The notes under the pieces: generated by a model | What the model was told of the DNA's origin: nothing | The model's input: only the letters and a program-made list of their open reading frames with translations | The model's database searches: none | In this document: piece by piece, positions 41,206 to 50,236 of the stretch | How the letters are laid out: each line of letters opens with the position of its first letter | How positions within the stretch are numbered: position 1 is the stretch's first letter | NCBI RefSeq assembly: GCF_001186125.1 | Contig: NW_014039875.1 | Coordinates: 1-50,236, forward strand | Origin: Sphaeroforma arctica JP610 | Taxonomy: Eukaryota | Reading direction: 5' to 3' | DNA length: 50,236 bases | Made by a program: the position numbers and the translations under genes

Positions 41206-42394
41206 GTGTGTGTGTGTTTGTGTGTGTGTGTCTGTGCGTGTGTATGTGTGTGTTTGCGTGTATATATATATATATGTATGTGTGTGTCTGTGCGTGTATA
41301 TATAAATATATATATATTGTGTGTATGTGTGCGTGTGTCTGTGCGTGTGTGTTTGTGTGCGTATATATATAGATATATATATAAATATATAATTCCATCG
41401 GATTATTACCTGAAGCAGCTCCATCCACCACGCACACATCCTCGGACACCTGCACAAACCGTACAAGGCCTCTGACCATGCCCACAGGCTCACTGGCAGC
41501 GCTTGCGTCTTGGGCTGTCGCTGAACTCTTCACAGCACCCATATCCTCACTAGTACCCTTCTCCCCCAGAATCATACACACAGCCGTGCCTAGATTAGCG
41601 CCTACATATGTAATAAGTATATAAGTATATGAATTTATGATGCATGATCGAGTAGGAAAGCCAGTTATATATATAGATATATATATATATTATATAAATA
41701 TATATACTTATATACATACATGAGAATATAGATCCATTCAACCAATTCATTACACTGTAGGTGCGTGTAGATATAGCCTTCACACTTCTTAAAGTCATAC
41801 ACGTGGATATACAAGGACCAGTATGAACATATATATATATAAGCCAAAAACGATAATAGACCCTACCTTCAGGAGCTGAACAGCCTCTCACAACCGCCTG
41901 TCGGCCTGTATTAGCGATTGCTGCGTGTACTCGAGTGGATGGCAGCGACGTGGTGACCACCACCTTTTGAGACTTCTGGTCAACTTCAGAAACGCTGACT
42001 GTTGCATGGTTAAGTAGCCGTAAAAGTAGGGTATAAGAACGTATAATAGTGAAACACACGTATTTTAACTTTTACAACATACATATAGATATAGATATAT
42101 ATATATATATAGATATATATATACATTGATATAATAAAAATAAAATATATAAACATATATATATATATATAAATGTATTTGTGTATACGTATACGTGAAC
42201 GCTTAAGTGTACGTATATAATATATATATACATCTATACATCTATATAAGCGCATACTTATATTTATATATGTTATATATATATATATTATATATATATA
42301 TATATATTACNNNNNNNNNNNNNNNNNNNNTAATATATATATATATATATATATACCAATAATAATATATANATATNNATAACACACACACACA

Positions 42395-42436
<42 letters not shown>

Positions 42437-43049
42437 TATATATATATGTATATATATATATATACACATATATATATATATATATATATAAGAAGCAATC
42501 ATCAAGTTTAATGTCTTCATTTATTGCAAGTAGAATGTATATGAATAGGTTCGCAGATACCCATGCTTTAGACCCAGATAAACCAAAAATCATCCAGAAC
42601 TGTTGATATGGAGACTAAAAATCAAAGTGATGCATGCTATAATGGTCGATATATGTATTTCCGTCGATGCGAGGATCAGCATATAGATTTGATTAGTATT
42701 TGTATAAATATATGAGCATTATCTTGCATCTCTGCAGCTATAAACTACAAAATATACATTGAGTGTATGTACAAGTATTGAATAATGAACACGCTCATAT
42801 ACGAATATGAGATACTGAATTCACACACAGGATTACAAGCGTATACAACCAACCTCTACACTTAATCCGTCTACGCACAAAAGCGAAACTAATCCAAACA
42901 TCAACAATAATATAAGGATACAAAAGCAACATACTGCCCAAATCGTTTAACGTCTTCGTGACATCGTCAACATCCTTCTGGCTCTGTAGCTGTACGGCAA
43001 ACTCTATCACCGTGGCTGGCGCTTCCGTTTGCTCCACTGGTTGGGTCAT
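38731..43049 (-). CDS. CCS: Copper chaperone for Cu/Zn superoxide dismutase, 7 exons, ~265 aa
   Basis: Exons 43049-42935, 41998-41867, 41589-41410, 40951-40894, 40339-40231, 39851-39764, 38846-38731; all GT-AG and phase-consistent. Motifs EFAVQ...TGRQAVVRG (HMA-like), [61 protein letters not shown] (CxC). An in-frame upstream ATG lies at 43130. Confidence 0.92.
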
Positions 43050-44544
43050 AGTTGTCTTATGATCGAGGGTTTCGCTTGTAGCACGGGTCAACGCTTCACT
43101 GGGAGAGATCTTACGAAGTAGCCAGTCCATCTGTACGTATGTACAGGGTAAAGGAGTATAGTGCACTTTTTATAGGGGGTAGTTGGGTTATGATTGTGAA
43201 GGTATACTATGCACACACCAACGAAATACCACACTGTTGAACTCGACTGACCTATATGTATTTAGTATATCTATTAGACTTATAGTACGCGTATACGAAT
43301 AGGCACTACAGACAACAATTTTTGAAGTATGTATTGTATGTATGATATCACGAGATACATACCATCTCATTTGTGCACGCTATCCCCATTACGTTTTGCG
43401 TTGAAACGTATAAACTGTAGAATATGATACGTTTCCGTTTAAGTTTTATGTCTGAGTGGCCCTATGGTAGTCATTTTGGGTGCATATCCAGAGCTTGGAG
43501 GGCTAAACATTCTAAACGTTTCCCCCAGGATGTTCTTTTAAAACGTATAGTAGTCCCCTATTTAACTTTTCCGGTTCTTTTACACTCGTGAACGTTTTTA
43601 AAGGTTGTGAATCAAATAAATAAACGTTTACGGTCAACTCCAAACTTGTTCCGCTGAAACGGATCGAGGTTAGAATTTCTAAAGTATGCACATATTAGGA
43701 TCAATACATATATAGTTATATACACGTGAGAGTTCATCTTACTGTCTTATTGGTGGAAAGACTCCTCTTGCATTACATTTTCGAAAGAGGATTGGCTTAT
43801 AGCAAACTCCTGAATTTCAATTTTGATATCTGATTAGTATAGAGGATCATTTCACATTTCAATTGCATTTCATTTTAGAGCAAAGGGGAGGACTAGAGTG
43901 TAGAGCCTCATATGTAGAGGTCACCAGTCATAGTCACCAGCTGACCAGGCTGTCACTCTGAGTGAGTCTGTGAGTCTGTCGAGTGTCGAACTGCCGACTC
44001 ATCACTGTGACAAATAAACGTGTAAAGCTTTGATATATAGCAGTTATATCGTACGAGTGGGCAGAAAGAGTTTGACCTAGTACGGTTTTAGGTCAGACTA
44101 ATTCATTAAATATTATATATTTACTTTGTACCTCTGAACCCAAATACTGCACCCAAACACATTGTCCACCTGGTAGTACCGAACTGGTTCTAAAACCGTT
44201 CGATTGCAAATAACCACTTCTGATATTTTTACAATTTTTTTTAAAAACAAATATAAAAGAACCATAAAAGAGTGACTCATTATTTAAACTAATTTTTAAG
44301 AAATAATTACTCATCCATCTCAAAAAAAGCATCTTTGACTTTTTATTGTAAATAAAATAGTCTGGCAGGCTTTTACGTGTCTCTTGGGTTCTACTTCGCA
44401 TGTTGGGCATAGCCTCCCGATTTAATCACAGGCTATGTATGTGTTGTGATGAAAACACAACATATAGGTACTATCGCGGCAAACACTAGTTACACTCATG
44501 AACGTATCGCCCACAAGCTCGTCAATCATACTGTACCGATTCGA

Positions 44545-49690
<5,146 letters not shown>

Positions 49691-49982
49691 GTATGCGGAA
49701 ATGACTGGAGATGTATATGTATAATACGGATATTGTATTCGTACCTATTCAGTTTACGTACTTCCTGAGGTGACCGACTTCTCTGATTGATTCGTACTTG
49801 CTTGATAAGGGCTATACCGGTCTGCAGGTTGCGAAGAATTGTATTATTATTATTATTATCTATAGATATAGATATAGATGTATATATAATATATATATGT
49901 ATATCTGTATATTTGTTTAAGTTATTTTGCTATATTGTTGTATTATATTGTTATATTGTTATATTGTTATATATATATATAT

Positions 49983-50050
<68 letters not shown>

Positions 50051-50085
50051 GTGTCTGTGTGTGTGCGCGCGTATGTGTGTGTAAG

Positions 50086-50120
<35 letters not shown>

Positions 50121-50155
50121 CTTATAATTATATATTTATTTATTTATAATATACC

Positions 50156-50208
<53 letters not shown>

Positions 50209-50236
50209 TTATGTATATCTTTATATATATGTGTGT

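Overview
Eukaryotic, intron-rich, (TA)n/(TG)n-microsatellite-laden DNA with 4 assembly gaps. The gene content suggests a unicellular opisthokont, possibly an ichthyosporean-like holozoan; this is an inference only. Five host genes were reconstructed by hand from splice sites and reading-frame continuity: an 18-exon importin-7/8 (3387-17494, +), an intronless Ser/Pro-rich protein ending in a Phactr/Bni4-type PP1-binding tail (27114-29864, +), a divergent sterol C24-methyltransferase (33163-35661, +), a 7-exon copper chaperone for SOD lacking MxCxxC (38731-43049, -), and a DUF1769-like membrane-anchored protein running off the right end (from 44545, +). Mobile DNA comprises a 3' LTR at the left edge, a decayed Ty3/gypsy element of the same family with a candidate self-priming PBS, a decayed APE-type LINE, a solo-LTR candidate, a MITE-like hairpin and an inverted pair of dispersed repeats. 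The most striking pattern is that the introns of three unrelated genes are full of local copies of their own exon edges and splice sites, as degenerate 'ghost exons' and as arrays of up to 10 decoy acceptors. All coordinates were read by eye and no database searches were run.
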